Below, piece by piece: positions 47,228-59,000 of a stretch of 64,000 nt of DNA; position 1 is the stretch's first letter, and each line of letters begins with the position of its first letter. The DNA is from Candidatus Marinacidobacterales bacterium (GTDB lineage Bacteria > Acidobacteriota > Vicinamibacteria > Marinacidobacterales > SMYC01). The stretch is taken from NCBI GenBank assembly GCA_965247365.1, contig CBDFHB010000001.1:408739-472738 (forward strand), given 5' to 3'. The notes beneath the pieces were generated by a model that was not told the DNA's origin, ran no database searches, and worked only from the letters and a program-made list of their open reading frames with translations. The position numbers and the translations under genes are program-made.

Positions 47228-49111
47228 ATGGCTAAAGCAATTGGAATCGACCTCGGCACGACGAACTCCGTGGTTTCGATTATGGAGGCCGGTGAGCCGA
47301 AGGTCCTCGTCAACTCCGAGGGAGATCGCGTGACCCCGAGCGTCGTTGCCTTCAATAAGGATGGCCAGCGCCTCGTGGGACAAGTCGCTCGCCGACAAGC
47401 GATCACGAACCCGGAGAACACGGTTAATTCGATCAAGCGTTTCATGGGCCGACGATTCGACGAGGTTCAGGACGAGATCAGGATGGTGCCCTACGAGATC
47501 ACCGGCGGGAAGAACGGCGAAGTCCGCGTCAAGGCGGGCGGCAGGAGCTACTCGCCCCCCGAAATCTCCGCCCAGGTTCTTTCAAAGCTGAAACAGGCCG
47601 CGGAGGACTATCTCGGCGAGGCAGTTACGGACGCGGTCATCACCGTCCCAGCCTATTTCAACGACGCCCAGCGCCAGGCGACCAAAGACGCCGGCAAGAT
47701 CGCGGGCCTGAACGTAGCACGGATCATCAACGAGCCCACCGCGGCAGCACTCGCCTACGGGCTCGACAAGAAGAACGAGGAGACCATCGTCGTCTACGAT
47801 TTCGGTGGCGGTACGTTCGACATCTCCATCCTGGAAGTGGGAGACGGTGTCGTCGAAGTCAAAGCGACCAACGGCGATACCCACCTGGGTGGCGACGACC
47901 TCGATCAGCGCATCATCGAGTGGATGGTGAAGGAGTTCAAGAAAGAGCAAGGCATCGACCTCGGGGCGGACAAGATGGCGCTACAGCGCCTCAAGGAAGC
48001 TGCGGAGCGCGCGAAGATCGAGCTGTCCAGCTCGCTGGAGACGGATATCAACCTCCCGTTCATCACGGCCGATGGGTCCGGAGCGAAGCATCTTCAGATG
48101 AAGCTCGCGCGATCCAAGCTCGAACAGATCGTCCAAGATCTCGTCGAGCGGACTCTAGAACCGTGCCGACAGGCGCTGAAGGATGCCGGCCTTTCCGCCT
48201 CCGATATCGACGAGGTCGTTCTTGTCGGCGGCTCGACGCGTATCCCCCGCGTGCAGCAAGCTGTCACGAGCCTCTTCGAGCGCGACCCGCACAAAGGCGT
48301 CAACCCCGATGAAGTCGTGGCCGTCGGTGCGGCGATTCAAGCCGGCGTCCTCCAGGGAGACGTCAAAGACGTACTTCTCCTGGACGTGACACCGCTATCT
48401 CTCGGCATCGAGACCCTGGGCGGGGTTTTCACGAAGCTCATCGAAAGGAATACGACGATCCCTGTCAAAAAGAGCGAGATCTTCTCCACCGCCGCGGACA
48501 ATCAACCGAGCGTCGGGGTGCATGCGCTACAAGGTGAGCGCGAGCTTGCTCGTGACAATCGTACCCTCGGGCAGTTCCAGCTCGTAGGCTTGCCCTCGGC
48601 GCCTCGCGGTGTCCCGCAGATCGAGGTCAGCTTCGACATCGACGCGAATGGCATCGTCAACGTCTCGGCCAAAGACCTGGCCACTGGCAAGGAGCAGGCC
48701 ATCACCATCACGAGCTCGAGCGGCCTGGACCAGGCTGAAATCGACCGCATGGTGAAAGAAGCGGAGACGAATCGCGACCAGGACGAAGAAGAACGCGAGC
48801 ACATCGAGGCTCGAAATCACCTGGACACTGCCATCTTCACCGCGGAGCGCAGCTTGACCGAGAACCGTGGCGAGCTCCATTCCGAGATCGCCCGCGAAGT
48901 CGAGGCGGCCATCGAGGAGGCCAAGACCAAGCTCGACAGCGACGATCAGACAGCCATGAAAGCGGCGCAGGAGCGACTCACTCAGGCTTCACACCGGATG
49001 GCGGAACGGCTCTACGAGAAGACCCAAACCAAAGGCACGGCCGAGCCCGAGGCGTCCACCAACGACGAGGGTGAGGACGTCATCGACGCGGAGTATACGG
49101 AAGTCCATTAA
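47228..49111 (+). CDS. dnaK: Hsp70 chaperone DnaK. The real start is [14 protein letters not shown] at 47228; the track ORF begins at 47177.
   Basis: Canonical Hsp70 signature motifs [26 protein letters not shown]. Confidence 0.95.
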   Translation: MAKAIGIDLGTTNSVVSIMEAGEPKVLVNSEGDRVTPSVVAFNKDGQRLVGQVARRQAITNPENTVNSIKRFMGRRFDEVQDEIRMVPYEITGGKNGEVRVKAGGRSYSPPEISAQVLSKLKQAAEDYLGEAVTDAVITVPAYFNDAQRQATKDAGKIAGLNVARIINEPTAAALAYGLDKKNEETIVVYDFGGGTFDISILEVGDGVVEVKATNGDTHLGGDDLDQRIIEWMVKEFKKEQGIDLGADKMALQRLKEAAERAKIELSSSLETDINLPFITADGSGAKHLQMKLARSKLEQIVQDLVERTLEPCRQALKDAGLSASDIDEVVLVGGSTRIPRVQQAVTSLFERDPHKGVNPDEVVAVGAAIQAGVLQGDVKDVLLLDVTPLSLGIETLGGVFTKLIERNTTIPVKKSEIFSTAADNQPSVGVHALQGERELARDNRTLGQFQLVGLPSAPRGVPQIEVSFDIDANGIVNVSAKDLATGKEQAITITSSSGLDQAEIDRMVKEAETNRDQDEEEREHIEARNHLDTAIFTAERSLTENRGELHSEIAREVEAAIEEAKTKLDSDDQTAMKAAQERLTQASHRMAERLYEKTQTKGTAEPEASTNDEGEDVIDAEYTEVH

Positions 49112-49114
49112 GGG

Positions 49115-50308
49115 TTAGCCGATCACTCCGTGACGTTTTCCAACGGCGGTGAAGGCCTCGATGGCACGCTCGACGTGCTCCGGTTCGTGAGCCGCGGAGA
49201 GCTGCACGCGGATTCGCGCCGAACCTTTCGGAACGACGGGAAAGCTGAATCCGACCACGTAGATCCCCTCCGACAGAAGGTCCTTGGCCATCCCCTGGGC
49301 TAGCTTTGCATCGCCCAACATGACCGGGACGATCGGGTGGGTGCCTTCGACGATTTCGAAGCCGCGCTCACCCATTTCCCGACGAAAGCGTTGGGTGTTC
49401 TCCATGAGACGCCGCCGATGATCGGAGCTCGTTACGAGCAGCTCGAGCGCCTGGAGCGCGGCCGAAACGATCACCGGCGCGAGCGAGTTCGAGAACAAGT
49501 AAGGGCGGGAACGTTGCCGCAGGAAATCGATTAACTCGCGACGGCCGGAGGTGAAGCCACCCGCGGCGCCGCCCAGGGCCTTGCCCAGGGTCGAGGTGAT
49601 GACATCGACCCTCTCGCGAACGCCGTGAAGCTCGGGAGTTCCCCGACCCGTCTCCCCGACGAATCCGGTGGCGTGGGAGTCGTCCACCATGACCATCGAG
49701 TCGTAGCGCTCGGCGAGGTCGCAGATCTCGGCAAGCGGCGCATAGGTACCGTCCATGCTAAAGACGCCGTCGGTGGCGACGAGACGGAACCGCGCGCTAC
49801 TCGCCTCCTTCAGCTTGGACTCGAGATCGCTCATGTCCCGGTTCTTGTAACGAAATCGTCTCGCTTTCGAGAGCCTAATCCCGTCGATGATGCTCGCGTG
49901 GTTCAGCACGTCGCTGATGACAGCGTCCTCCTCGGAAAGGAGCGTCTCGAAAAGCCCACCGTTCGCGTCGAAGCAGGAGCTGTAGAGGATGGTATCGTCG
50001 GTGCCCAGGAACGATGCGATGTTCCGCTCCAACTCCTTGTGGATATCCTGGGTGCCGCAGATGAAGCGAACCGAGGCTAGCCCGAACCCGCGTGCGTCGA
50101 GGCCACGGTGCGCCGCCTCGAGGATCTTGGGATCGCTGGAAAGCCCAAGGTAGTTGTTCGCGCAGAAATTCAATACCCCATCCGACCCGGACTCGACCTC
50201 GATCGAAGCTCCCTGGCGGGAGCAGATGACCCGCTCGCTCTTGTAGAGACCGGCTTCCTCGATCTCTTCGAGGGTGGATTTCAACACGTCGCGGGGGGTT
50301 TCGAACAT
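49115..50308 (-). CDS. kbl: 2-amino-3-ketobutyrate CoA ligase (glycine C-acetyltransferase).
   Basis: Closely resembles E. coli Kbl as I recall it: [54 protein letters not shown]. Confidence 0.9.
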   Translation of the reverse strand: MFETPRDVLKSTLEEIEEAGLYKSERVICSRQGASIEVESGSDGVLNFCANNYLGLSSDPKILEAAHRGLDARGFGLASVRFICGTQDIHKELERNIASFLGTDDTILYSSCFDANGGLFETLLSEEDAVISDVLNHASIIDGIRLSKARRFRYKNRDMSDLESKLKEASSARFRLVATDGVFSMDGTYAPLAEICDLAERYDSMVMVDDSHATGFVGETGRGTPELHGVRERVDVITSTLGKALGGAAGGFTSGRRELIDFLRQRSRPYLFSNSLAPVIVSAALQALELLVTSSDHRRRLMENTQRFRREMGERGFEIVEGTHPIVPVMLGDAKLAQGMAKDLLSEGIYVVGFSFPVVPKGSARIRVQLSAAHEPEHVERAIEAFTAVGKRHGVIG

Positions 50309-50336
50309 TGTCCTCGAGGGGCGCTTCCCGGTTCCG

Positions 50337-51545
50337 TCAGGCAGAACGATGTTGGCGTCTGAGGCTGGCGATCAAATTTCCGGTCAATAGCAGGAAACCC
50401 TTGATGGGGTCTTCTGCTTCGCTCGTCGAGCTTCCGAGCTCGTACCGATCGAGCCTGACGATCGAGCGTAGGAACAAACCTCGATCCGATTCTCGGACCC
50501 CGGCGAACGAGAGGAACTGCTCGGGCCGGAATTGCTCGAGCAGAGTCTTTACCCGCGCGAGCTGTTCGGGGCGACGTTGCTCGTCGAACTCCTGCACCCG
50601 GTCGAAGAGGTTCGACAGGCCGTCCAGCAGATGCCCTATGTCGAGAACGTTCTCGAGGTCCCGGCGAAACAGGCGCTTCCGGGTGAGCGATGGGTCGAAA
50701 ATGACGACTTGCTCGAGCACCGTCGCGCTGAGAACTTCGTCGACCTCTCGAATGCGCAGCTCGAGCTCGTCCACGACGGCCTCCATCCGGCCAGCGAGCA
50801 TCTCTAGATCCACGCCGCCCTTGACGAAGTCTCGATTGAGCGGCACGAATCGGCGTACCCAGCGCGCCAGCTCCTGTCTCATGAAACGGACGCCGCCCGC
50901 CAGATCCCGGACTCGCTGACCGTAGCGGCCTCGAAGCTGCTCCCCGCTGCCCGACAGTGGACAACCGAACATGAACTGCTCGAGCTGATGCAGCCTACGG
51001 CCCAAGGCGAAGAAACATTGGCCGAGACGCTCGACCTTGCGGTCGTACTCGACCCTGGCGGCGTCTGGATTCTCTTTCGGAAGCTCGATCCTGAGCGCTT
51101 TGAGATCTTCGCGGATCTTCGCGACACTGCTGTAGGCCTCAGAAGAGAGCAGGGAGGCGGTAAGAAACACTTGCTCTAGGAGATACTCGGTGATTTGCTG
51201 GTCGGGGATGCGACGTACGCAATCGTTGATCACATCGAGCGACGTCTCGCGCGCGAGGTAGTCGAAGGCCGCCTGATCGCGACCACGGTTCAAGCGCTCG
51301 AGCAGCGGCTGGCACAGCTGGCCTTGGCGAAGGAGCTCCCCGGGTGTAGGCCCCGAATCGGAATTCCTCTCCGCCCCCGGGGACCCTGCCTCCGCAGGCG
51401 TCCGTTCTTGACTCGCTCTGCCCTGTGGGCCCTCTAGCGACAGTGGGACCGATTGATTCGGGAGTTGGAAAGCCATAAGCTTCGATTCCTGAAACGCGGT
51501 CGGGGCTGAGTGCAGAACTATACCAACATCAGGCGATCGGGTCAA
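50337..51545 (-). CDS. Hypothetical alpha-helical protein of about 380-402 aa. An alternative start is MAFQLPNQ at 51476.
   Basis: Long ORF with RBS context; no recognisable motif. Confidence 0.5.
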   Translation of the reverse strand: MTRSPDVGIVLHSAPTAFQESKLMAFQLPNQSVPLSLEGPQGRASQERTPAEAGSPGAERNSDSGPTPGELLRQGQLCQPLLERLNRGRDQAAFDYLARETSLDVINDCVRRIPDQQITEYLLEQVFLTASLLSSEAYSSVAKIREDLKALRIELPKENPDAARVEYDRKVERLGQCFFALGRRLHQLEQFMFGCPLSGSGEQLRGRYGQRVRDLAGGVRFMRQELARWVRRFVPLNRDFVKGGVDLEMLAGRMEAVVDELELRIREVDEVLSATVLEQVVIFDPSLTRKRLFRRDLENVLDIGHLLDGLSNLFDRVQEFDEQRRPEQLARVKTLLEQFRPEQFLSFAGVRESDRGLFLRSIVRLDRYELGSSTSEAEDPIKGFLLLTGNLIASLRRQHRSA

Positions 51546-51822
51546 TCGAGCTTCTCCGGACGTGACCCAGCCTGCTGACGACGGTCTCCCTCAATCGGCG
51601 AAAGCTCTCAAGATCTCCCCTCGTCAGTGCAGTCTGACACTCGTCGATCTTCTGTACGAGCTCCGGCAGATCTCGACGGTCGAGCGCCTCCCGGACGGAG
51701 GCCAACTGGTCGGCTATCTTGTCAATGGAGCCAAGGCCGAGCTGATTCAAGGTCGCGATGACGGAGTCGATTGTCTCCAAGACGGTCCTTACCGGGCATT
51801 CTGCTCGTGCGGCATACCCCAA
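51529..51822 (-). CDS. Hypothetical small protein (97 aa, non-ATG start).
   Basis: ORF with TTG start, co-oriented with and 17 nt overlapping the downstream hypothetical gene. Weak evidence. Confidence 0.35.
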   Translation of the reverse strand: MGYAARAECPVRTVLETIDSVIATLNQLGLGSIDKIADQLASVREALDRRDLPELVQKIDECQTALTRGDLESFRRLRETVVSRLGHVRRSSIDPIA

Positions 51823-51852
51823 GTTCAGCTATTCTAACGCGAGGAAGCATCA

Positions 51853-52995
51853 TTGGAAGTCGACGAAGGCCGCGGCACGAAACTCCGCGACGCGATCATC
51901 TCCTATGCCGTGGACCTCGGCTTTTCCAAAGTCGGATTTGCGAAGGCCAGGCTCGACGAGGAGGCACCGCGCCTTTCGGAGTGGCTGCATCACGGCCATC
52001 ACGGAGAGATGGGGTGGATGGCGCAGGCGCCGGAAAGGCGTTGGGACGCTCGAGCCAGCCTTCCTGGAGCCGCGACCGTCATTTGCTGCGCGCTCAACTA
52101 CTACCAGGGGGCCCCGTTTCCGCCGGAAGGCTTATCGGGGGTGATCTCGAGCTATGCACGCGGCGACGACTACCATGGTCTCATGGAAAGCAAGTTGAGA
52201 GCGCTGGCAGCGTTCATCGAGTCCCGCTCCGAGGCAAAGACGAGGCTCTACGTCGACACCGGGCCCGTTCTCGAAAAATCCTTCGCGGCTGCGGCTGGCC
52301 TGGGTTGGGTGGGCAAGCACTCCAACCTGTTGTCAAGGGATGGAAGCTCGTGGTTCTTTCTCGGGGAGATCCTCGTGGACCTCTCGCTCCCCCTCGACGC
52401 CACAGCCAGCGACCACTGTGGAACCTGCACGCGCTGTATTCAGGCCTGCCCCACGAAGGCGATCGTCTCTCCCTACGTCGTCGACAGCCGGCTATGCATT
52501 TCCTACCTCACGATTGAGCTCCGTGGACCCATCCCTCGCGAGCTTCGTGCTCTCGTCGGAAACAGAATCTACGGCTGTGACGACTGCCAAGACGTATGCC
52601 CGTGGAATCGCTTTGCCCGAAAGAGCGAGGAGAAAGCCTTCTTCGCGCGAGAGTCACTCGCCTCGATGGATCTCATCGGCATGCTTCGAATGAGCCGTGC
52701 AGCCTTTCTCGACGCTACCCGGGGAAGTGCTATCCGACGCGCCCGCTACGCGGGGTTCCTGCGCAACGTCGCGGTAGCTCTAGGCAATAGCCAGGACGCG
52801 CGCGCCGTGCCAACACTCGTCGAGGCGCTGGACCACGAGGAAGATCTCGTACGCGGCCATTCTGCCTGGGCGTTGGGCGTCATCGGTTCAAACGACGCGA
52901 GCGGGCCATTGAAACTTCGATTGGAAGTCGAGGAAAAACCCTGGGTCCGAGAGGAGATCGAATGGGCACTCAATAACTTCTCCCCACCGAGCTAA
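51853..52995 (+). CDS. queG: Epoxyqueuosine reductase (tRNA queuosine biosynthesis) with C-terminal HEAT-like repeats.
   Basis: Two 4Fe-4S motifs CGTCTRCIQACP and CDDCQDVCP. The N-terminus aligns to QueG (LGFSKVGFA...HGEMGWMA). TTG start. Confidence 0.85.
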   Translation: MEVDEGRGTKLRDAIISYAVDLGFSKVGFAKARLDEEAPRLSEWLHHGHHGEMGWMAQAPERRWDARASLPGAATVICCALNYYQGAPFPPEGLSGVISSYARGDDYHGLMESKLRALAAFIESRSEAKTRLYVDTGPVLEKSFAAAAGLGWVGKHSNLLSRDGSSWFFLGEILVDLSLPLDATASDHCGTCTRCIQACPTKAIVSPYVVDSRLCISYLTIELRGPIPRELRALVGNRIYGCDDCQDVCPWNRFARKSEEKAFFARESLASMDLIGMLRMSRAAFLDATRGSAIRRARYAGFLRNVAVALGNSQDARAVPTLVEALDHEEDLVRGHSAWALGVIGSNDASGPLKLRLEVEEKPWVREEIEWALNNFSPPS

Positions 52996-53429
52996 AGGGG
53001 CTCGACGCCGATCTCGTGCAGCCACTCCTTGATGCGGTCGTCCCGCCGCGCCTCGGCAAACTCCCGCCACTCGCGACGCGTCGCCGGTAGCTCTTCGAGA
53101 GCTTCCTCGAATCTCTTGGTCCCACCATGTGGCTCGACCGTCGATCGCAGTCGTTTGCGTGCGCCATCTTCGTCGACGGAGGCGACGAAGTCCAGAATTT
53201 CATTGAGCGGCACAACGCGCCTGGCGTGTGGGATCTGGACGTAGCGCTCTTCGGACGTGATGGCCCGCTCGTCTTCGGTTTCCTCGTCGTTGTCCAGATA
53301 GGAGGAAAAGAAATGGACGGCACCCGTCTCCCGATCCAAGTAGTAGCGATGGTCCGACGAGGCATCCGCGAAAGCGTCTTCGAGTTCTTCCCAATCGACG
53401 CGAATGCGATTCCAGTCGAACGCGCTCAT
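52992..53429 (-). CDS. UPF0158-like hypothetical protein. Start MSAFDWNRI at 53429.
   Basis: ATGA overlap with the upstream lipoprotein gene. The family assignment is from memory of UPF0158-like sequences and is of moderate confidence. Confidence 0.5.
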   Translation of the reverse strand: MSAFDWNRIRVDWEELEDAFADASSDHRYYLDRETGAVHFFSSYLDNDEETEDERAITSEERYVQIPHARRVVPLNEILDFVASVDEDGARKRLRSTVEPHGGTKRFEEALEELPATRREWREFAEARRDDRIKEWLHEIGVEPL

Positions 53430-54511
53430 GGCTGCTCGTAGTCCAACGTGCTCACATCCCAATAGCTACGATAGGCCCCTCGATCGTAGAGCTCCAGGAA
53501 ACGTTCCGCTTTTTGTCGAACCAGCGTGCTCCGATGGCCGGGAAGAGCCTCAGGGTGAGGATAGCCGTAACTGAAGTAGGCGCGAATCAACTGGCTCGAT
53601 TCCGAGATTGGTAGCGTTTTGACGTTCGACACGAAGTCAGAGTAGACGCCGTTGCGCATCAAGTAGAACTCCACGTTCGAGAGGTAAAATACCGAGATGG
53701 TCTCACCGCGCTCTCGGACGAACCGACCGACGGCGCGGAGTGCGTGCTCGCCAGCGAAGTTCCCCACGATCGGCACGAGCCTTCCCTCCAAAGCCATGGT
53801 CCTGACGTGCTCGTAGTCGTGCTTTCGAGACAGGAAGTGGCTCGGCTGACCGTCCGGGCCTTCGGCCATCAACAGTCCACGGTAGCTGGGATGGTAGGGC
53901 ATCGGAGGACGACCGTAGCTCGAAAACCTCAAGCCGAGCTGCTCTTCGAAATAGGATCGATAGACGAATTCGATGGCGTCGCGTTCCTCGGACTCCAGGT
54001 CGAAGTGAAGTCTGCCCTCGATATGCTCGAAAATAGCGACGAGGTTCTCCGCGAAGAGCTCGCCGTCCGAACTGGCTCGCTCGAAGCCCGCGACGAGGCC
54101 GTCCCAATCTGCCGTATCCACCGGTCCTTCGCAACGCCGTGAGAACAGAAGACAGAGATACCGATAGGGTGCCTCCGATTGGACCAGAACGGCGTTCAGC
54201 AACAAATGGTGGAGCATGTTGTCGCGCCGAACGTCGAGGATGAACGCCCAGGTCGGTCGGATCCGCCCGATATAGTGGAAGTTCTGCTCGGGACCGACAC
54301 CGATATAGACGCCGCCCACGGGCTCTAGAGCGTGCACCACCTGCGTGTAAGCCGTCTCGTTCGAGATCAAGTTGTCGGTATCGAAATAGCCGCCGGGCTC
54401 GGAAAGACTCTCGACCAGCTCTTTGAGCTCGGGGACCGGTTCCGGGGCACGCCAGCAGGCCGCGACCAGCAGGACGGCGAAGCAGGCTATTCGTATCGAC
54501 GTCCGAGACAA
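53426..54511 (-). CDS. Hypothetical secreted protein or lipoprotein (signal peptide, LVAAC lipobox-like).
   Basis: MSRTSIRIACFAVLLVAAC; no recognisable catalytic motif. Confidence 0.55.
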   Translation of the reverse strand: MSRTSIRIACFAVLLVAACWRAPEPVPELKELVESLSEPGGYFDTDNLISNETAYTQVVHALEPVGGVYIGVGPEQNFHYIGRIRPTWAFILDVRRDNMLHHLLLNAVLVQSEAPYRYLCLLFSRRCEGPVDTADWDGLVAGFERASSDGELFAENLVAIFEHIEGRLHFDLESEERDAIEFVYRSYFEEQLGLRFSSYGRPPMPYHPSYRGLLMAEGPDGQPSHFLSRKHDYEHVRTMALEGRLVPIVGNFAGEHALRAVGRFVRERGETISVFYLSNVEFYLMRNGVYSDFVSNVKTLPISESSQLIRAYFSYGYPHPEALPGHRSTLVRQKAERFLELYDRGAYRSYWDVSTLDYEQP

Positions 54512-54536
54512 GAAACCCTCATGTTTCAGCGCCCTG

Positions 54537-55943
54537 TTAGCAGCCGAGCGCCGACTGCATCTCCTCGACCGTCGTGTACTTCAGTCGCGGCCTCTCCGTA
54601 CCCTCGGCGTTCTCGATCTCCAGGGCGTCCAGCTTCTTCCAATCTTCATAGGAGAAGAAATGCGGTTTGCGCTCCGAGACGAGCTTTCGAGCCGCATCGG
54701 CCGACGGCCGGTCGGGATTCCAATTTAAACCCTTCGCGACGTCTTCGAGCAGGCACTGGACGGTTTCCAGCGCATCGGGCTTGTTTGTCCCGATGACACC
54801 CGAAGGGCCACGTTTGATCCAGCCAGCGCAGTACTGGCCCCGTACTGGCTCTTTCGTTTCGAGCTCGACGACGCGTCCCTTCTCGTTCGGAATCACACCC
54901 CAATCGTCGCGGAACGGCACACCGGGTAGTGCGACCCCGTAATAGCCGACTGAACGGAACACGAGGCTCGCGTCGATCTCTTCGTAACGCTCCGTCGCTC
55001 GTGGACGGATCGTTCCCCTCTCGTTCAAGTGGAGCTCGTTGCTCACGAGCTTCACTTTGGTGACCCCGCGATCCTCGCCGCCGATGAGCTCGACGGGCGA
55101 AACGCAAAAACGGAGCACGAGGGTCTTCGGCTTTCCCGAACGCTTCTCCGCGGCGTAGTTCTGCATGATCTCGACCTTGCGATCTGTCGACTTATCGGGA
55201 TTGTCGGCCATGAAAGTCTTCGTCGCTTCGTCGATTACCATATCGTCTTCGGGTATCCGGATGTCGGCGATCTCCATTGCCCCGAGCTCCTTGATCTCGG
55301 GGTTGGTGAAGGCCGCCTGGGCGGGTCCCCGACGTCCGAGCATATAGACGGTCTTGACCTTGCTGTTCGCGATCGCCTCCAAAGCATAGTCGGCGACGTC
55401 GGTTCGCTCGAGCTCCTCGCGACTGCGGCAGAGAATCCGGCATACGTCGACGGCAACGTTGCCCACGCCCACGACTGCCACGGACTCCTGCGACAGGTCG
55501 AATTTTCGGTCGCGGTAGTCGGGGTGTCCGTTGTACCAGGCGACGAACTCGGTAGCGGCGTGGCTTCGCTCGAGCTCCTCGCCAGGAATGCCCATGCTCC
55601 TGTCGATCTGGGCCCCGACCGTGAAAACGACTTGATGGTAGTGCCGCTTCAAGTCATCGAGCGTAATGTCGCTACCGAACTCGACGTAGCCGTAGTAACG
55701 GAAGCGCGGATTAGAGGCGATTCGGTCGTAGGCTTTCGTTACGGACTTGATTTTCTGATGGTCCGGCGCCACGCCACCGCGAACGAGTCCGAAGGGCGTC
55801 GGCAGTCGCTCGAACATGTCGACTTCGACGACGTAGTCTTTTTGCTTGAATAGGTGCTCAGCCGCGTAGAAGCCGGTAGGACCCGATCCTACGATGGCTA
55901 CTCTCAGTGGGTTTGTTTCCGTTCCGATTCCGTTTTCGGCCAT
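54537..55943 (-). CDS. fprA: Adrenodoxin-reductase-type ferredoxin-NADP+ reductase (FprA-like).
   Basis: VAIVGSGPTGFYAAEHL FAD dinucleotide motif, a second NADP-binding Rossmann fold, and a size of about 468 aa. Confidence 0.8.
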   Translation of the reverse strand: MAENGIGTETNPLRVAIVGSGPTGFYAAEHLFKQKDYVVEVDMFERLPTPFGLVRGGVAPDHQKIKSVTKAYDRIASNPRFRYYGYVEFGSDITLDDLKRHYHQVVFTVGAQIDRSMGIPGEELERSHAATEFVAWYNGHPDYRDRKFDLSQESVAVVGVGNVAVDVCRILCRSREELERTDVADYALEAIANSKVKTVYMLGRRGPAQAAFTNPEIKELGAMEIADIRIPEDDMVIDEATKTFMADNPDKSTDRKVEIMQNYAAEKRSGKPKTLVLRFCVSPVELIGGEDRGVTKVKLVSNELHLNERGTIRPRATERYEEIDASLVFRSVGYYGVALPGVPFRDDWGVIPNEKGRVVELETKEPVRGQYCAGWIKRGPSGVIGTNKPDALETVQCLLEDVAKGLNWNPDRPSADAARKLVSERKPHFFSYEDWKKLDALEIENAEGTERPRLKYTTVEEMQSALGC

Positions 55944-56016
55944 GTTCCGATTCCATCTCCTTCTGCCCTCCGCGTTGACTTTGATTTATCAGACAACTCT
56001 TTATTATACAGATGGG

Positions 56017-59000
56017 TCAGGCGCTCGGGTCGAGGATCGAATAGACGGCGGGGATGATGAGGAGCGTGAGCGCCGTCGATGCCAGCAGGCCACCGATGAC
56101 CGTGATCGCCATCGGTGCCCGAAGCTCGCTCCCCTCACCGAGTCCGACAGCCATGGGCAGGAGTCCCAGAACGGTCGTCGAGGTGGTCATGAGAATCGGT
56201 CGAAGTCTGAGCTCGCCCGCTTGCTTGAGCGCGTCGATCTTTCGCGCTCCCTCACGCCTCAGACGATTCGTCGTATCCACGAGGATGATCGCGTTGTTGA
56301 CGACGATACCCGCCAGCATGATGACACCGATGAGCACGACGACGCTGACCGTGACGTCGAAGAGGTAGAGGGTCCAAAGCACGCCGATGAGAGAAAAGGG
56401 AACGCTGAAAAGGATCACGAAGGGGTGCAGGAGAGACTCGAACTGCGACGCCATGACGAGATAGACCATGAAGACGGCGAGGATGATCGCGAAGCGCATG
56501 CTAGCGAAGGAGGTTTCCATCTCCTGTTGTTGTCCCCCCATGCGCCAGTCGAAACCCATCGGCAGCGTCATCTCCCCGATCTGGGCCTCGATATCGGCCG
56601 AAGCGGAGGCCAGGTCGCGCCCCGCGAGGTTCGCGGTGATGAGGGCGACGCGTTCGCCATCCGAGCGCCGGATCTCCGCCGGACCTTCCATCTCCACGAC
56701 GGAGGCTACCGAGGAGAGCGGGATCGGGATCGTGCCACCACGGGCTATGTTCAGATTCCTCAAGTCCCGCGCACTGTCGCGGTATTGCTCCTCTGCGCGG
56801 ATGCGGATGTCGATGGTTCGGTCTTCGCGGGTGATGTCCGTTGCGACGTCGCCGAGTATCTTCGATCGCACGATTGCCGCTGCTTCGCCCAGGTTGTATC
56901 CGAGAGAGGCCAGTCGGTCCCGGTCGAAACGGATCTGAAGCTCCGGATTTCCCCCCTCGGTCGAGGACTTGATATCGACGAGACCTGGTTTGCGCTCCAT
57001 CCGCGACACCAGCTCGTCCGCGAGACGCGTGAGCAGGTTCAAGTTGAACCCGCGCACCTCAACCTCTATGGGGGTCTTGAAGCTGAAGTAGGACGGACGT
57101 CCGAAGCGGTAGAGCATGTTCTCTTCGGCCTCGAGCGCGGGTCTCAAGGCGTCCATCAAAGCTTCCTCTTTCTCTGCGCTCGTGGGCGGCGCGACAGTGA
57201 AGGAAATCTGGCCGATGTTCTCGCGAAGCTCCCCCGCAATGCCACCCTGCTCGTTGCTCGTCCCCACCACGGCGTAGATCGACGAGATGCCGTCGATGTC
57301 GGCGGCCGCATGCTCCAGGAGCTCGATCTGCTTCGAGTTGAGCTCGAGATGGGTTCCAGGGGGAAGCTCGGTGTCCACGTAGAACTCTCCCTGGACGAGC
57401 TGCGGTACGAGCTCGCTTCCGAGCTGGCCGACGAGCAAGAGCGACGCCGCCAGAATCAGGAGAGTCCCCGCGATGACCGCAACGGGTCGCTTCAAGACCA
57501 CCGCCTGCACCTGCGGATAGCCTCGCGTCAATCCTCCGTAGACGAGGTTGAACAGCTTCGAGGGAAGAAAGAGCACCGCCAGGATGAGTAGAGCCAGGCC
57601 CTTGGCGGTCCACTTTACGAGTCGCGCCATCCAGAGCCCGATGAAGCTTGCGACCGCGATGGCGGCAAGGCCGATCCGCGAGCGCTCGTGCTCGGCAACA
57701 TCGTCACGCGGAGTTTTTCCGAACTCGCGGGAGGCGAGCATGGGAATGAGAGTCAGTGCCACGAGAAGCGAGACTGTGAGCGAGAAGGTAACGGTCAGGG
57801 CTTGGTCGCCGAAGAGCTGCCCCGCGATGCCCTCCACGAAGACGATGGGCACGAAGACGCAGACGGTTGTTACCGTGCTCGCGATCACCGCTTGTCCCAC
57901 CTCGCCCGGCCCCTGGCGCGCCGCCTCCACAATCCCGAGACCTTCCTCACGCTTCCGCTGGATCGACTCGAGCACCACAATCGAGTTGTCGACGAGGAGA
58001 CCAATTCCAAGCGTGATACCACCAAGCGACATGATGTTGAGCGAAACGTCGAACACGTACATCATGAAGAACGTGGCCACGACGGAGACGGGGATCGAGA
58101 TGCCGATAATGACGGTGGCTTTGATATCCCTCAGAAAGAGCATCAAAACAAGGATGGCGAGTGTGCCTCCGATGAAAGCCGTTTGGAGGACTTCGGAGAC
58201 CGACTGGCGAATGTAGCGCGATTGGTCGGCGACCACCTCGAGCTCGAGCCCTTCTCCGATACGCTCGAGTCTCTCCGCGAGAGTGTCGAGCCGGTCCCGT
58301 ACCGCCTGGGCCACCGTCACGGTGTTCGTGCCGCCTTCCTTATAGACGGCGATTTCAACCGACTCCCGCCCATTGATGCGACTAATAACTTCACGTTCCT
58401 TGTGCCCACGGGTGATACGAGCCACGTCTTCCAGCCGAATGTCGGGTCTCGCGGCGTCGAGGACGATCCGGCGCATGTCCGCCGGCCGCTCGAACTCGTT
58501 GATGGTGCGGACGAGGTACTCGGTGGAGCCCTCCTGCAAACGGCCGCCCGTCAAGTTCACGTTCTCCTGCGCGAGCCGATTCACCACTTGTGAAATGCTC
58601 AGTCCTAGACTGGATAGACGCCGCTCGTCGATCTCGATCTGGATCTCTTCCTCCAGACCACCGCTGACGAGAACGGCGGCGACACCCTCGACTCGCTCCA
58701 GTTGGCGACGGACTTCCTGCTCACCGATGAGGCGCAGTCGGATCAGATCTTCGTCACCGTAGAGTCCCAGACGCATGATCGGGTCGAGTGACGGGTCGTA
58801 TCGCAAAAGTACCGGTCGGTCAGCATCCTCGGGAAGCACGATCAAATCCAAGCGCTCGCGTACGTCGAGGGCCGCCATGTCCATGTTGGTATCCCAACCG
58901 AACTCCAACGTGACGTCGCTCGTATCGGACCGCGAGCTCGAGATGACTCGAACGACGTTATTGACGACGCCGACGGCATTCTCGATGGGTTTCGTGATGA

